Source of the DNA: an uncultured Bacteroides sp. | Lineage (GTDB): Bacteria > Bacteroidota > Bacteroidia > Bacteroidales > Muribaculaceae | Assembly: GCA_964528425.1 (NCBI GenBank) | Contig: CAZGTD010000006.1 | Coordinates: 7,915-71,914, forward strand | Length of the DNA stretch: 64,000 bases | Reading direction: 5' to 3' | Part shown: positions 32,079 through 41,579 of the stretch, piece after piece | Numbering within the stretch: the stretch's first letter is position 1 | How the letters are laid out: the number at the start of each line of letters is the position of its first letter | Program-made: the position numbers and the translations under genes | Notes under the pieces: generated by a model | Databases searched by the model: none | Told to the model about the DNA's origin: nothing | The model's input: the letters and a program-made list of their open reading frames with translations, nothing else

Positions 32079-33559
32079 TGAATAAACGATTTCTTTTGAT
32101 ATTATTGCCGTTGCTGGCCGCCTGTTCGCGCCCGGTAACTCCCGAGCTCCACACTCTTGCCCCTCCGGCCCTCGAGCCGGACTATGCGGGGGTAACCTTC
32201 CCGGTCAATATTGCCGCTCCGGCATTTGTAATCACCGACAGTGCCGTGCAATGGCAAACCCAGGTGGGCCGCTGCGGATACGATCCGGAAATTACGGTGC
32301 GCAGCGGCTCGGACGGCTGCGTCAGCCTTCCGCTCAAAGCGTGGCGCAAGCTGCTCGCCTCAGCCGCCGGCGATTCTATTTATCTGCGCTTCGCGGCCTT
32401 GGGCGCCGACGGCAAGTGGAATCAGGCCGCCGATATAGTCTGCCCGGTGTCGGCTGATTCAATTGACCGCTATCTGACCTACCGCCTGCTATATCCCGGC
32501 TATGAGCTATGGTCGACAATGGGAATTTATCAGCGCGACCTGGAAAGTTATCAGCAGAAGCCGTTGCTCGAAAACAAAGACTTTGACCAGCAATGTATAA
32601 ACTGCCATAATTTCGCTGCCAACGATCCGAAACGGGGCATGATGGTTCACGTTCGCGGGCGTGAGGGCGGAACCCTCATTATGCGCGACGGCAAGGTTGA
32701 AAAAATCAATTCGTCGTTTGTCGGTGCCAACCATGGCGCAACCTATCCGAGCTGGAGCCGCGACGGCCGCTTCATTGCCTTTTCGGCCAATAAGGTGGGC
32801 CAGATTTTTCATTCAGCCGGCAATAAGCCGATTGAGGTTGTTGACGAGGCTGCCGACCTGATGGTCTATAGCGTTGAGCAACACAAAGCCTATTCTGCCG
32901 ATGAAATTACGGGCGCGGATGCTATTGAAACCTTCCCTAACTGGTCGCCCGACGGACGTACGCTGTATTTCTGCCGCGCGCTGGTCAGCGACCCCGCGCT
33001 CTCGGCCGAGAATCCCGATTCCATACATTATGATTTGTGTGCAATCAATTTCGACCCGACAGCATGCCGGTTCTCCGATTTCAGAGTGCTATATGATGCG
33101 GCAGCCGATTCCGCGTCGGTTTCTTTTCCCCGCGTTAGTCCCGACGGCAAATGGCTGATGTTTACCCGCATGACCTACGGCACATTCTCAATCTGGCATC
33201 CTGAAAGCCAGCTGTGCATTCTGAATCTGCTAACGGGTCAGTGGCGCGAAATGACCGAAGTTAATGCCCCGGCAGCTATTGATTCTTACCATAGCTGGGG
33301 TTCCGACGGCCGCTGGTTCGTGTTCAGCTCCAAGCGCATGGACGGTTTGTGGGCGCGTCCGTATTTTGCCCGCTTCGATTCCGCCACCGGCGTGGCAACC
33401 AAGCCGTTCGCGCTTCCGCAGAAGCAGCCAACGTTCTATCGTGAGTTTACAAAAACATTCAATATCCCTGAACTGATAGCCAACCCAGCCGACCCCGACG
33501 CCGAGGCTCTGCTTAATGCTATCCATTCCGACCCGCAGCCGGTAACCCTTCAGAAATGA
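32078..33559 (+). CDS. TolB-like (PD40 beta-propeller) periplasmic protein with a single CXXCH motif
   Basis: 493 aa with a lipoprotein-type signal LLILLPLLAAC. It has a CXXCH motif (CINCH) and repeated PD40-like strings: YPSWSRDGRFIAFSA, FPNWSPDGRTLYF, FPRVSPDGKWLMF and SWGSDGRWFVFSS. Confidence 0.6.
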   Translation: MNKRFLLILLPLLAACSRPVTPELHTLAPPALEPDYAGVTFPVNIAAPAFVITDSAVQWQTQVGRCGYDPEITVRSGSDGCVSLPLKAWRKLLASAAGDSIYLRFAALGADGKWNQAADIVCPVSADSIDRYLTYRLLYPGYELWSTMGIYQRDLESYQQKPLLENKDFDQQCINCHNFAANDPKRGMMVHVRGREGGTLIMRDGKVEKINSSFVGANHGATYPSWSRDGRFIAFSANKVGQIFHSAGNKPIEVVDEAADLMVYSVEQHKAYSADEITGADAIETFPNWSPDGRTLYFCRALVSDPALSAENPDSIHYDLCAINFDPTACRFSDFRVLYDAAADSASVSFPRVSPDGKWLMFTRMTYGTFSIWHPESQLCILNLLTGQWREMTEVNAPAAIDSYHSWGSDGRWFVFSSKRMDGLWARPYFARFDSATGVATKPFALPQKQPTFYREFTKTFNIPELIANPADPDAEALLNAIHSDPQPVTLQK

Positions 33560-36519
33560 TTACGTCCTCGCGCCTATATCTTCGCGACACCGCGTTCAAC
33601 GAGCTCATGCAGCGGCGCATCCACAGCGTGCTGCTGGTGGCCTCGCCCTACGATGCCTTTATTATGGAAGAAGACGGTCGAGTTGAAGAGCAGCTTTTTT
33701 TTGAGTATAATTCGCTGAATCTGTCGTCGCCCCCGCGAGTAACGCGCGTTAACGATTCTGAAGAGGCGCTGGAGTTATTGGCAATCAAGCAGTTCGATTT
33801 GATAATCGTTATGCCGGGCACTTCAATCCCGGAGTCTTTTTCGGGCCTGCGCGAAATCAAACGGGCCGCTCCCTCAACGCCGATCGTAGTTCTGACGCCT
33901 TTCTCCAAGGAGGTTTCGCGGCGTCTGGCTTCCGAAAATCTCGACGATGTTGACTATGTGTTTTCCTGGCTCGGAAACATGGATCTCATCCTGGCGATAA
34001 TCAAGCTGCTTGAGGATAGAATGAATGCCGACTACGATGTTAATACAGTTGGCGTTCAAACCATTATGCTGGTCGAAGACTCTGTAAGGTTCTATTCGTC
34101 GGTGCTTCCTCATTTATATAGGTTCCTGTTGCAGCAGAGCCTTCATTTTTCAACCGAGGCGCTGAACGACCACGAAAAAATGCTGCGCATGCGCGGACGC
34201 CCGAAAGTTATTCTTGCGCGCACCTACGAAGAGGCCGTTGAACTCTACAATAAGTTTGGCGACAACATGCTGGGGGTAATCACCGATGTTTCATTCATGC
34301 GCGGCGGCGCAAAAGATTCCCATGCCGGCATAGCGCTGGCCGAGTATATTCGCGAGCGCGACCCCTATGTGCCCATCATTGTTGAAAGCTCCGAGGCTGC
34401 AAACTCCGAGGCGGTCGCGCCCTTCGGCGGCATATTCCTCGACAAAAACTCCAAAAAACTGCCCGTTGACCTTGGCGAGGCGATAACCGCCAACTTCGGT
34501 TTCGGCGACTTTATTATGCGCGACCCTGAAACCGGGGCTGAAATAATGCGCATCCGTTCGCTCAAGGATTTGCAGTATAAAATGATGGAGATTCCTGATA
34601 AAACGCTCTATTACCACGCCCGCCGCAACGATATTTCGCGCTGGCTCTATTCCAGAGCCATGTTTCCGATTGCCGAGGTTATCAAGGCGCACCGTACCCG
34701 TTCGCTGGCCGATATTCATGAGGCAAAACTGCTTTTCCTGGATGCCATTGTCAGCTACCGGCGAATGAAAAATCGCGGCGTAGTGGCCGTTTTCCAGAAA
34801 GATCGCTTTGACCGTTACTCTAATTTCGCGCGCATCGGCAAAGGCTCGATGGGCGGCAAAGGGCGCGGCCTTGCGTTTATCGACTCCATAATCAAAAAAT
34901 ATCCGGAAACCGATTCTGTTGACGGCACGCCCGTGAACATTACGATTCCGCGCACTGTAGTGCTCTGCACTGACCTTTTCGACGAATTTATGGAGTCAAA
35001 CCGGCTCTATCCGATAGCTCTGTCAACCGCCCCCGACGAAGAAATTCACAAGGCCTTTGTAGAGGCCGGGCTTCCGGAACGTTTGCGCGACGACCTGATG
35101 GCGCTGCTCGATGTTGTTGACAAGCCGTTGGCCGTGCGTTCGTCTTCGCTGCTTGAGGATTCCCATTATCAGCCGTTTGCAGGCGTCTACGCCACATATA
35201 TGATTCAGAACCGCCAGGGCGAGAAGGAAGAAACGTTCCGTATACTCTCCGACGCTATTAAAAGCGTTTACGCCTCGGTGTTCTATGCCGATTCCAAGGC
35301 ATATATGACGGCAACGTCCAACGTTATCGACCAGGAAAAAATGGCCGTTATCATCCAGGAGGTTGTTGGCGTTCGCCATGCCGACCTCTATTTCCCGTCG
35401 TTTTCGGGAGTGGGCCGCTCGCTCAACTACTATCCGCTGGGCGACGAGCAACCCGAGGATGGAGTGGTTCAGGTAGCCATAGGCCTTGGCAAAACCATCG
35501 TAGAGGGGGGTACGGCCCTGCGCTTTTCGCCGAAGCACCCAACTAAGGTTCTGCAGACCTCGACTCTCGACCTGGCGCTGCGCGACACCCAGACCCGGCT
35601 TCTGGCCCTGGACATGACCGACTCGGCGCCTACTGATTTTACGGCCGACGACGGTTTTAACCTGCGTTCGCTCAGGGTGCAGTCGCTGGCCGGAACGGAT
35701 GCGCTGCGTTTCATGGTTTCGACATTCGATGTGAATGACCAGATTATCCGCGACACAGACCAGGGTGCCGGCCGCAAGGTGGTTACGTTTGCCAATATGC
35801 TTCAACACGGCTCGTTTCCGCTGGCTCAGGGCGCGGCATTCATGCTTGAAACCGGCGCCCGCGAAATGGCGCGCCCGGTAGAAATTGAATTTGCAGGAAT
35901 CGTTAACGGGCCCAACGCCGGAACAATCTACTGGCTGCAGATTCGCCCGATAGTCGACAAAAAAGAGATTGGCGACGAGGCGGTGCTTTCGTTGCCCGCC
36001 GAGCAGACCATATTGACCTCGACAACTGCCTTGGGCAACGGCAATATCGAAGGCGTGTCAACCATAGTTTATGTCAGGCCCGAGGCCTTTAACTCAGCCA
36101 ATAATCCCGCTGTGGCCCGCGAAATTGAGCTTTTGAACCGCAAATTCCTCGAAACCGGAGAGTCATATCTGCTTATCGGCCCGGGACGCTGGGGCTCGTC
36201 GGACCCCGCGCTCGGCATTCCGGTTAAGTGGCCCCATATTTCGGGTGCGCGCCTTATTGTAGAGTCATCGCTTCCCGGTTATCGCATCGAGCCCTCGCAG
36301 GGCACACACTTCTTTCAGAATCTCACCTCCGTAGGCGCCGGTTATTTCACCATTGACCAAAATTCGGGCCACTACGACGTTGAGTATCTCAATGCCCTGC
36401 CGGCCGAGTATGAATCCGCCGCCCTGAGAATAGTCCGTTTTCCCCAACCCTTGAAAATCGCCCTCAACGGCCGCACGGGCCTGGGCGTAGTAGCTAAACC
36501 GGATGAAGAAACTTGCTAA
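33556..36519 (+). CDS. PEP/pyruvate-binding (PPDK_N ATP-grasp) domain protein with two N-terminal receiver-like domains
   Basis: 987 aa. Two CheY-like modules are present (IHSVLLVASPYD..., IMLVEDSVRFYS...). PPDK_N-like strings follow: GSMGGKGRGLAFI, LAVRSSSLLEDS and AVIIQEVV. I see no phosphohistidine swivel or PEP-utiliser TIM domain. Confidence 0.65.
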   Translation: MITSSRLYLRDTAFNELMQRRIHSVLLVASPYDAFIMEEDGRVEEQLFFEYNSLNLSSPPRVTRVNDSEEALELLAIKQFDLIIVMPGTSIPESFSGLREIKRAAPSTPIVVLTPFSKEVSRRLASENLDDVDYVFSWLGNMDLILAIIKLLEDRMNADYDVNTVGVQTIMLVEDSVRFYSSVLPHLYRFLLQQSLHFSTEALNDHEKMLRMRGRPKVILARTYEEAVELYNKFGDNMLGVITDVSFMRGGAKDSHAGIALAEYIRERDPYVPIIVESSEAANSEAVAPFGGIFLDKNSKKLPVDLGEAITANFGFGDFIMRDPETGAEIMRIRSLKDLQYKMMEIPDKTLYYHARRNDISRWLYSRAMFPIAEVIKAHRTRSLADIHEAKLLFLDAIVSYRRMKNRGVVAVFQKDRFDRYSNFARIGKGSMGGKGRGLAFIDSIIKKYPETDSVDGTPVNITIPRTVVLCTDLFDEFMESNRLYPIALSTAPDEEIHKAFVEAGLPERLRDDLMALLDVVDKPLAVRSSSLLEDSHYQPFAGVYATYMIQNRQGEKEETFRILSDAIKSVYASVFYADSKAYMTATSNVIDQEKMAVIIQEVVGVRHADLYFPSFSGVGRSLNYYPLGDEQPEDGVVQVAIGLGKTIVEGGTALRFSPKHPTKVLQTSTLDLALRDTQTRLLALDMTDSAPTDFTADDGFNLRSLRVQSLAGTDALRFMVSTFDVNDQIIRDTDQGAGRKVVTFANMLQHGSFPLAQGAAFMLETGAREMARPVEIEFAGIVNGPNAGTIYWLQIRPIVDKKEIGDEAVLSLPAEQTILTSTTALGNGNIEGVSTIVYVRPEAFNSANNPAVAREIELLNRKFLETGESYLLIGPGRWGSSDPALGIPVKWPHISGARLIVESSLPGYRIEPSQGTHFFQNLTSVGAGYFTIDQNSGHYDVEYLNALPAEYESAALRIVRFPQPLKIALNGRTGLGVVAKPDEETC

Positions 36520-36985
36520 GACGAATGCCGCGCGGCTGCTGGAACATGCCGGCGTGCAGTTTGAGCTAATACCGTATACCGTTGACCCGGAGCACCTGGA
36601 GGCTCAACACATTGCCGACGAACTCGGCGAGGACATCAACCGCGTGTTTAAAACGCTGGTGCTCAGCGGCACCGGTGCCGGCTATTTTGTCTGTGTGGTT
36701 CCGGGTAACCGCGAAGTAGACCTCAAAAAAGCCGCAAAAGTGGCCGGCGCCAAAAAGGCCGACCTGATTCCGATGAAAGAGCTATTGCCGCTGACCGGTT
36801 ATATTCGCGGCGGCTGCTCGCCCGTCGGCATGAAGAAGCCGTTTCCGACCTACTTCCACGAATCGGCGCTGGAGTTCGACAAGATTTTCGTGTCGGCCGG
36901 CGTGCGCGGGCTTCAGTTAGAAATCAATCCCAATGACCTTATAAAATTTGTCGGAGGTGAAACCGCCGACCTCGTTGCTCTATGA
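36503..36985 (+). CDS. ybaK: Cys-tRNA(Pro)/Cys-tRNA(Cys) deacylase
   Basis: 160 aa (KTNAARLLEHAGVQFELIPY...GYIRGGCSPVGMKK). It overlaps the upstream gene by 17 nt. Confidence 0.8.
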   Translation: MKKLAKTNAARLLEHAGVQFELIPYTVDPEHLEAQHIADELGEDINRVFKTLVLSGTGAGYFVCVVPGNREVDLKKAAKVAGAKKADLIPMKELLPLTGYIRGGCSPVGMKKPFPTYFHESALEFDKIFVSAGVRGLQLEINPNDLIKFVGGETADLVAL

Positions 36986-38022
36986 ATACATTCGGTAAAA
37001 ACCTAACCCTCACCACTTTCGGCGAGAGCCACGGCCCGGCTCTGGGCGGCGTTATCGACGGCTTTCCGCCGCGGATAGCAATTGACCTCAATCGCGTGCA
37101 AGCAGAGCTCGACCGCAGACGCCCCGGCCAAAGCCGCATAACCACCGCGCGCAACGAAGCCGACCGCGTGCGCATACTCTCGGGCATGTTCAACGGCCTC
37201 ACAACCGGCACACCCATCGGCTTCATAATCGAGAACAGCAATCAGCATTCGGCCGACTATGAGGAGATGGCCCACGCGTTCCGCCCTTCGCACGCCGACT
37301 TTACCTATCAGCAGAAATATGGCATCCGCGACTATCGCGGCGGGGGGCGCGCTTCGGCCCGCGAAACCGCTTCGCGAGTCGTTGGAGGCGCCTTTTGCAA
37401 GCAATTGCTTGAGCTGAAGGGCATAACGGTGAACGCATGGACCCATAGCGTCGGCAATATCGTTGCCGGCCACGCCGACTGCAACCCCGAGTCGAACGCC
37501 GTTCGCTGTCCCGACTCTGCCGCCGCCGAAAAAATGATTGACTTGATCAGCGAGGTAAAGAATCAGGGCGACACCATTGGCGGCATCATAGCGCTGCGCA
37601 TCGAGGGAGTGCCGGCGGGAGTGGGCGACCCGCTCTTCGACCGTCTGAACTCGCGCTTGGGGGGCGCGATGCTGACGATTCCGGCGGTCAAGGGCGTAGA
37701 ATTCGGCATGGGTTTCGACGGCACCCGTCGCCGCGGCTCGGAGGTTATCGACGAGTTTCAGGTCGATGGTGACGGGCACATCCGCACGGCCACCAACAAT
37801 TCCGGAGGCATTCAGGGCGGCATTTCAAACGGCATGCCCATAGAAATGCGCATCGCCTTCAAGCCGGTGGCCACGCTGCTGCGCGACGTCCGCACCATTA
37901 CCGACTCCGGCGAGCCCACGACGCTCCACGCCCGCGGCCGCCACGACCCGTGTGTGCTCCCCCGCGCCGTCCCCGTCGTCGAAGCCATGGCCGCCCTCGT
38001 CCTCGCCGACCTCCTCCACTAA
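36982..38022 (+). CDS. aroC: Chorismate synthase
   Basis: 346 aa (FGKNLTLTTFGESHGPALGGVIDGFPP...RHDPCV). Its start forms an ATGA overlap with the ybaK stop. Confidence 0.9.
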   Translation: MNTFGKNLTLTTFGESHGPALGGVIDGFPPRIAIDLNRVQAELDRRRPGQSRITTARNEADRVRILSGMFNGLTTGTPIGFIIENSNQHSADYEEMAHAFRPSHADFTYQQKYGIRDYRGGGRASARETASRVVGGAFCKQLLELKGITVNAWTHSVGNIVAGHADCNPESNAVRCPDSAAAEKMIDLISEVKNQGDTIGGIIALRIEGVPAGVGDPLFDRLNSRLGGAMLTIPAVKGVEFGMGFDGTRRRGSEVIDEFQVDGDGHIRTATNNSGGIQGGISNGMPIEMRIAFKPVATLLRDVRTITDSGEPTTLHARGRHDPCVLPRAVPVVEAMAALVLADLLH

Positions 38023-38089
38023 TCTTTCGGGTTTGAGGGAGATTTTTTTGAGGGGGAAATATAAATTTTCGGGTTAGCGATTTTTTTTG

Positions 38090-38097
38090 TAACTTTG
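38090..38097 (+). promoter_or_regulatory. -7 promoter box TAACTTTG
   Basis: Preceded by a T8 run and located 26 nt upstream of the pheT ATG. Confidence 0.55.
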
Positions 38098-38123
38098 CGG
38101 AATAATTTGGCAGTTATTCATCT

Positions 38124-40610
38124 ATGAACATTTCTTATAACTGGCTGCGCTCTTTTGTTGACGGGCTTCCCGAACCCAAAGCCCTTGCTGCAGCCCTGAC
38201 ATCAACCGGTCTGGAATGCGACACGGTTGAAGAAGTAGAATCGATTCGCGGCGGCCTGCGCGGCCTGGTGGTGGGACGTGTGCTCACCTGCGAAGCGCAC
38301 CCCGACAGCGACCACCTGCACGTTACCACAGTTGACCTCGGCCTGCCCGAGGGCCCCGCACAGATTGTTTGCGGTGCCCCCAACGTTGCTGCCGGCCAGG
38401 CGGTTATCGTGGCCACCGTGGGCACTACGCTCTACGACGGCGACAAGGAATTCAAAATCAAAAAATCGAAAATCCGCGGCGTTGAATCGCTCGGCATGAT
38501 CTGCGCCGAAGATGAAATCGGCGTGGGCACCAGCCACGACGGCATCATCGTTATTCCCGACGACAAGGCTCCGGCGCCCGGCACTCCCGCCGCCGAATAC
38601 TTCGGCCTTGAGAGCGACTACGTTCTTGAAGTAGACCTGACTCCGAACCGCATTGACGGTGCCAGCCACTACGGCGTGGCCCGCGACTGGGCCGCCAAGG
38701 CCACTGTCGAAGGCCTCACCCCCAACCTTCATCGTCCCGATGGGCTCGACCCGCAGTCACTGCCCGCTCATCCCGACAAGGCCGTAAAGGTTACGGTTGC
38801 CGACGCCGCCGACTGCCCGCGCTATGCCGGCCTGACCATCCGCAACGTAAAGGTTGCCGAGAGCCCCAAATGGCTGCGCGACTATCTTACCGCCATTGGC
38901 CAACGCCCCATTAACAACATCGTTGACATTACTAACTATATTCTCCACTCCTTCTGCCAGCCGCTCCACTGCTTTGACCTCGATAAGGTTAAAGATGACC
39001 AAATCATAGTGAAGACCCTCCCCGCCGGCACCAAGTTCACCACCTTGGACGGCGTTGAGCGCACCCTCAACGAGCGCGACCTGATGATTTGCGACCCCGA
39101 CGGGCCGCTTTGCCTGGCCGGCGTTTTCGGTGGCCTGAACTCGGGCGTTACCGACTCTACCAAAGATATTTTCCTCGAAAGCGCCTGCTTTAACCCCACG
39201 ACCATCCGCAAGGCTGCGCGTCGCCACGGGCTGAACACCGACGCCTCGTTCCGCTACGAGCGCGGTGTAGACCCCAATGGCTGCATGTATGCCCTGATGG
39301 TTGCCGCCAAGAAGGTTCAGGAACTCGCCGGCGGCGAAATCTGCGGTCCCGTGGTCGACCTCTATCCCAACCCGGTTGAACCGGCCGTTGTAGAGCTGTC
39401 GTTCAAGCAGATCAACGATCTTATCGGCGCCGAAATCCCCGCCGACGCAGTGCGCCGCATACTCGGAGCCCTCGACATCAAGATCGAGAGCGAAGAAAAC
39501 GGCACCATGGTTCTGCGCATACCGACCTATCGCGTCGACGTTACCCGCCCTTGCGACGTTATCGAAGAGATTCTGCGCATCTATGGCTACAACAACGTAG
39601 GCTTCACCGACCACGTTAACTCCTCGCTTTCATATAAAACCCCGACCGACCTGGCAAATCAGCTGACCAACAAGGCGCTCGATCGCCTCGCCGCTCAGGG
39701 CTTCCGCGAAATTCTCAACAACTCGCTAACCTCGGTTGCCTACTATGCCGACTGCGCAAGCTACCCGCTGGACCGCTGCGTAAAGGTTATGAACCCGCTC
39801 AGCTCCGACCTCGGCGTTATGCGTCAGACCCTGCTTTTCGGCGGCCTGGAGGTTATCAGCCACAACGTCAACCGTCGCAATGGCGATTTGATGCTCGTTG
39901 AGCTCGGCAACGTTTACAAATTCAACCCCGACAGCGAATCGACCGTCGAGCAGCCCCTGGCGCCCTACAGCGAAGGCTCGCGTCTGGGCCTGTGGCTCAC
40001 CGGCAACGTCAGCACCTCATCGTGGCTCGCGCCGGCCGTAGAATCGAGCATTTACCATCTGCGTGCGTTTGTCGACGGCGTTCTCGCCGCCCTCGGTCTC
40101 GGCCAGAATCAGGTGCACTATGCCGTCGGCAACGATTGCCCCGACATCTTTGCAGCCCAGCTCGACATCAAAACCCGCTCGGGCAAGCTCCTGGGCCGCA
40201 TGGGCGTGGTAAACGCCGACCTGCTCAACCGCTTCGACATTGACCGTCCCGTCTACTTTGCCGAGCTCGACCGCGACGCCCTTGTCAAGCTCGTTGAAAA
40301 GCATAACGTAACCTTTGCGCCGCTGCCCAAGTCGCAGGCTGTGCGCCGCGACCTGGCGTTGCTTCTCGATTCTGCCGTTACTTTCGAGCAGGTTCGTGAA
40401 GTAGTTGCCAAGTCTGAGCGCAAGCTCCTTCAGGGCGTTGAGCTCTTCGACGTTTACGAAGGCAAAAACCTGCCCGAAGGTAAAAAGAGCTATGCAATTT
40501 CGATTACTCTTCAGGATCCGGAAAAGACCCTGCAGGATAAACAGATTGACGCCGTGATGGGCAAGGTTATAAATAATCTCAAAGCCCAGCTTGGCGCTGA
40601 ACTCCGCTAA
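38124..40610 (+). CDS. pheT: Phenylalanine--tRNA ligase beta subunit
   Basis: 828 aa with the N-terminus MNISYNWLRSFV. The tRNA-binding, B3/4, B5 and FDX-ACB regions are recognisable. Confidence 0.9.
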   Translation: MNISYNWLRSFVDGLPEPKALAAALTSTGLECDTVEEVESIRGGLRGLVVGRVLTCEAHPDSDHLHVTTVDLGLPEGPAQIVCGAPNVAAGQAVIVATVGTTLYDGDKEFKIKKSKIRGVESLGMICAEDEIGVGTSHDGIIVIPDDKAPAPGTPAAEYFGLESDYVLEVDLTPNRIDGASHYGVARDWAAKATVEGLTPNLHRPDGLDPQSLPAHPDKAVKVTVADAADCPRYAGLTIRNVKVAESPKWLRDYLTAIGQRPINNIVDITNYILHSFCQPLHCFDLDKVKDDQIIVKTLPAGTKFTTLDGVERTLNERDLMICDPDGPLCLAGVFGGLNSGVTDSTKDIFLESACFNPTTIRKAARRHGLNTDASFRYERGVDPNGCMYALMVAAKKVQELAGGEICGPVVDLYPNPVEPAVVELSFKQINDLIGAEIPADAVRRILGALDIKIESEENGTMVLRIPTYRVDVTRPCDVIEEILRIYGYNNVGFTDHVNSSLSYKTPTDLANQLTNKALDRLAAQGFREILNNSLTSVAYYADCASYPLDRCVKVMNPLSSDLGVMRQTLLFGGLEVISHNVNRRNGDLMLVELGNVYKFNPDSESTVEQPLAPYSEGSRLGLWLTGNVSTSSWLAPAVESSIYHLRAFVDGVLAALGLGQNQVHYAVGNDCPDIFAAQLDIKTRSGKLLGRMGVVNADLLNRFDIDRPVYFAELDRDALVKLVEKHNVTFAPLPKSQAVRRDLALLLDSAVTFEQVREVVAKSERKLLQGVELFDVYEGKNLPEGKKSYAISITLQDPEKTLQDKQIDAVMGKVINNLKAQLGAELR

Positions 40611-40647
40611 TTATTTAAACTTTAAAATCTAAAATAAATATTCATAT

Positions 40648-41379
40648 ATGGGAAGAGCATTTGAATACCGTAAGGCCCGTAAGCTTAAACGCTGGGGCAA
40701 CATGTCGCGTACGTTTACCCGCATAGGTAAGGAAATCACCATTGCCGCTAAAGCCGGCGGTCCCGACCCCGACACCAACCCGCGCCTGCGTGCGCTCATG
40801 GCCAACGCCAAGGCCGCCAACATGCCCAAGGACACCGTTGAACGCGCCATCAAAAAAGCCACCGACAAGGATGCCGGCGACTACAAGGAAATCGTTTACG
40901 AAGGATATGGCCCCTTCGGCATCGCCATCGTTGTTGAAACCGCAACCAACAACAACACCCGCACCGTGGCCAACGTGCGCTCCTACTTCACCAAGCATGG
41001 CGGCTCGCTCGGCACTTCCGGCTCGCTATCATTCCTGTTCGACCATAAGTGCGTCTTTAAAATCAAAGCCAAGGAAGGCGTTGAGCTCGAAGACCTCGAA
41101 CTGGAGCTGATTGACTGCGGCGTTGACGAACTTGAAGCCGGCGACGAAGGCGAAATCATTCTCTACGGCGCCTTTGAAAGCAACTCGGCCATTCAGCACT
41201 ATCTCGAAGAAAACGGCTACGAAATCATCTCGTCGGAATTCGAACGCATTCCCAATGACCTGAAAGACGTAACCCCCGAGCAGCGCGCAACCCTCGAAAA
41301 ACTTCTCGACAAATTCGAGGAAGATGAAGACGTTCAGAACGTGTTCCACAACATGCGCGAGGACGATTCGGAAGAATAA
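40648..41379 (+). CDS. YebC/PmpR-family transcriptional regulator
   Basis: 243 aa (MGRAFEYRKARKLKRWGNMSRTFTRIGKEITIAAKAGGPDPDTNPRLR). Confidence 0.85.
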   Translation: MGRAFEYRKARKLKRWGNMSRTFTRIGKEITIAAKAGGPDPDTNPRLRALMANAKAANMPKDTVERAIKKATDKDAGDYKEIVYEGYGPFGIAIVVETATNNNTRTVANVRSYFTKHGGSLGTSGSLSFLFDHKCVFKIKAKEGVELEDLELELIDCGVDELEAGDEGEIILYGAFESNSAIQHYLEENGYEIISSEFERIPNDLKDVTPEQRATLEKLLDKFEEDEDVQNVFHNMREDDSEE

Positions 41380-41396
41380 CACGAGTATCTGATTTT

Positions 41397-41438
41397 AACG
41401 CAATTTAACGCTTTGGGCGTAAAATTGCGTTATTTTTA
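41397..41438 (+). terminator. Rho-independent terminator after yebC
   Basis: 11-bp stem taacgcaattt / aaattgcgtta enclosing a small inner hairpin, followed by a T-run. Confidence 0.7.
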
Positions 41439-41534
41439 TAAAAGTTAACCATTTTCGCGTTTGGTTTAGAATATTTAACTTCTCGCGGACTAACTTTTTC
41501 GCCCTTTGGAACAGTTTTTTCGCGGAATTATCCC

Positions 41535-41542
41535 TAACTTTG
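41535..41542 (+). promoter_or_regulatory. -7 promoter box TAACTTTG
   Basis: Lies 37 nt upstream of the ATG at 41580. Confidence 0.5.
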
Positions 41543-41579
41543 CATTCCAAAATCGAAAATATTATAACAATCATCACTT

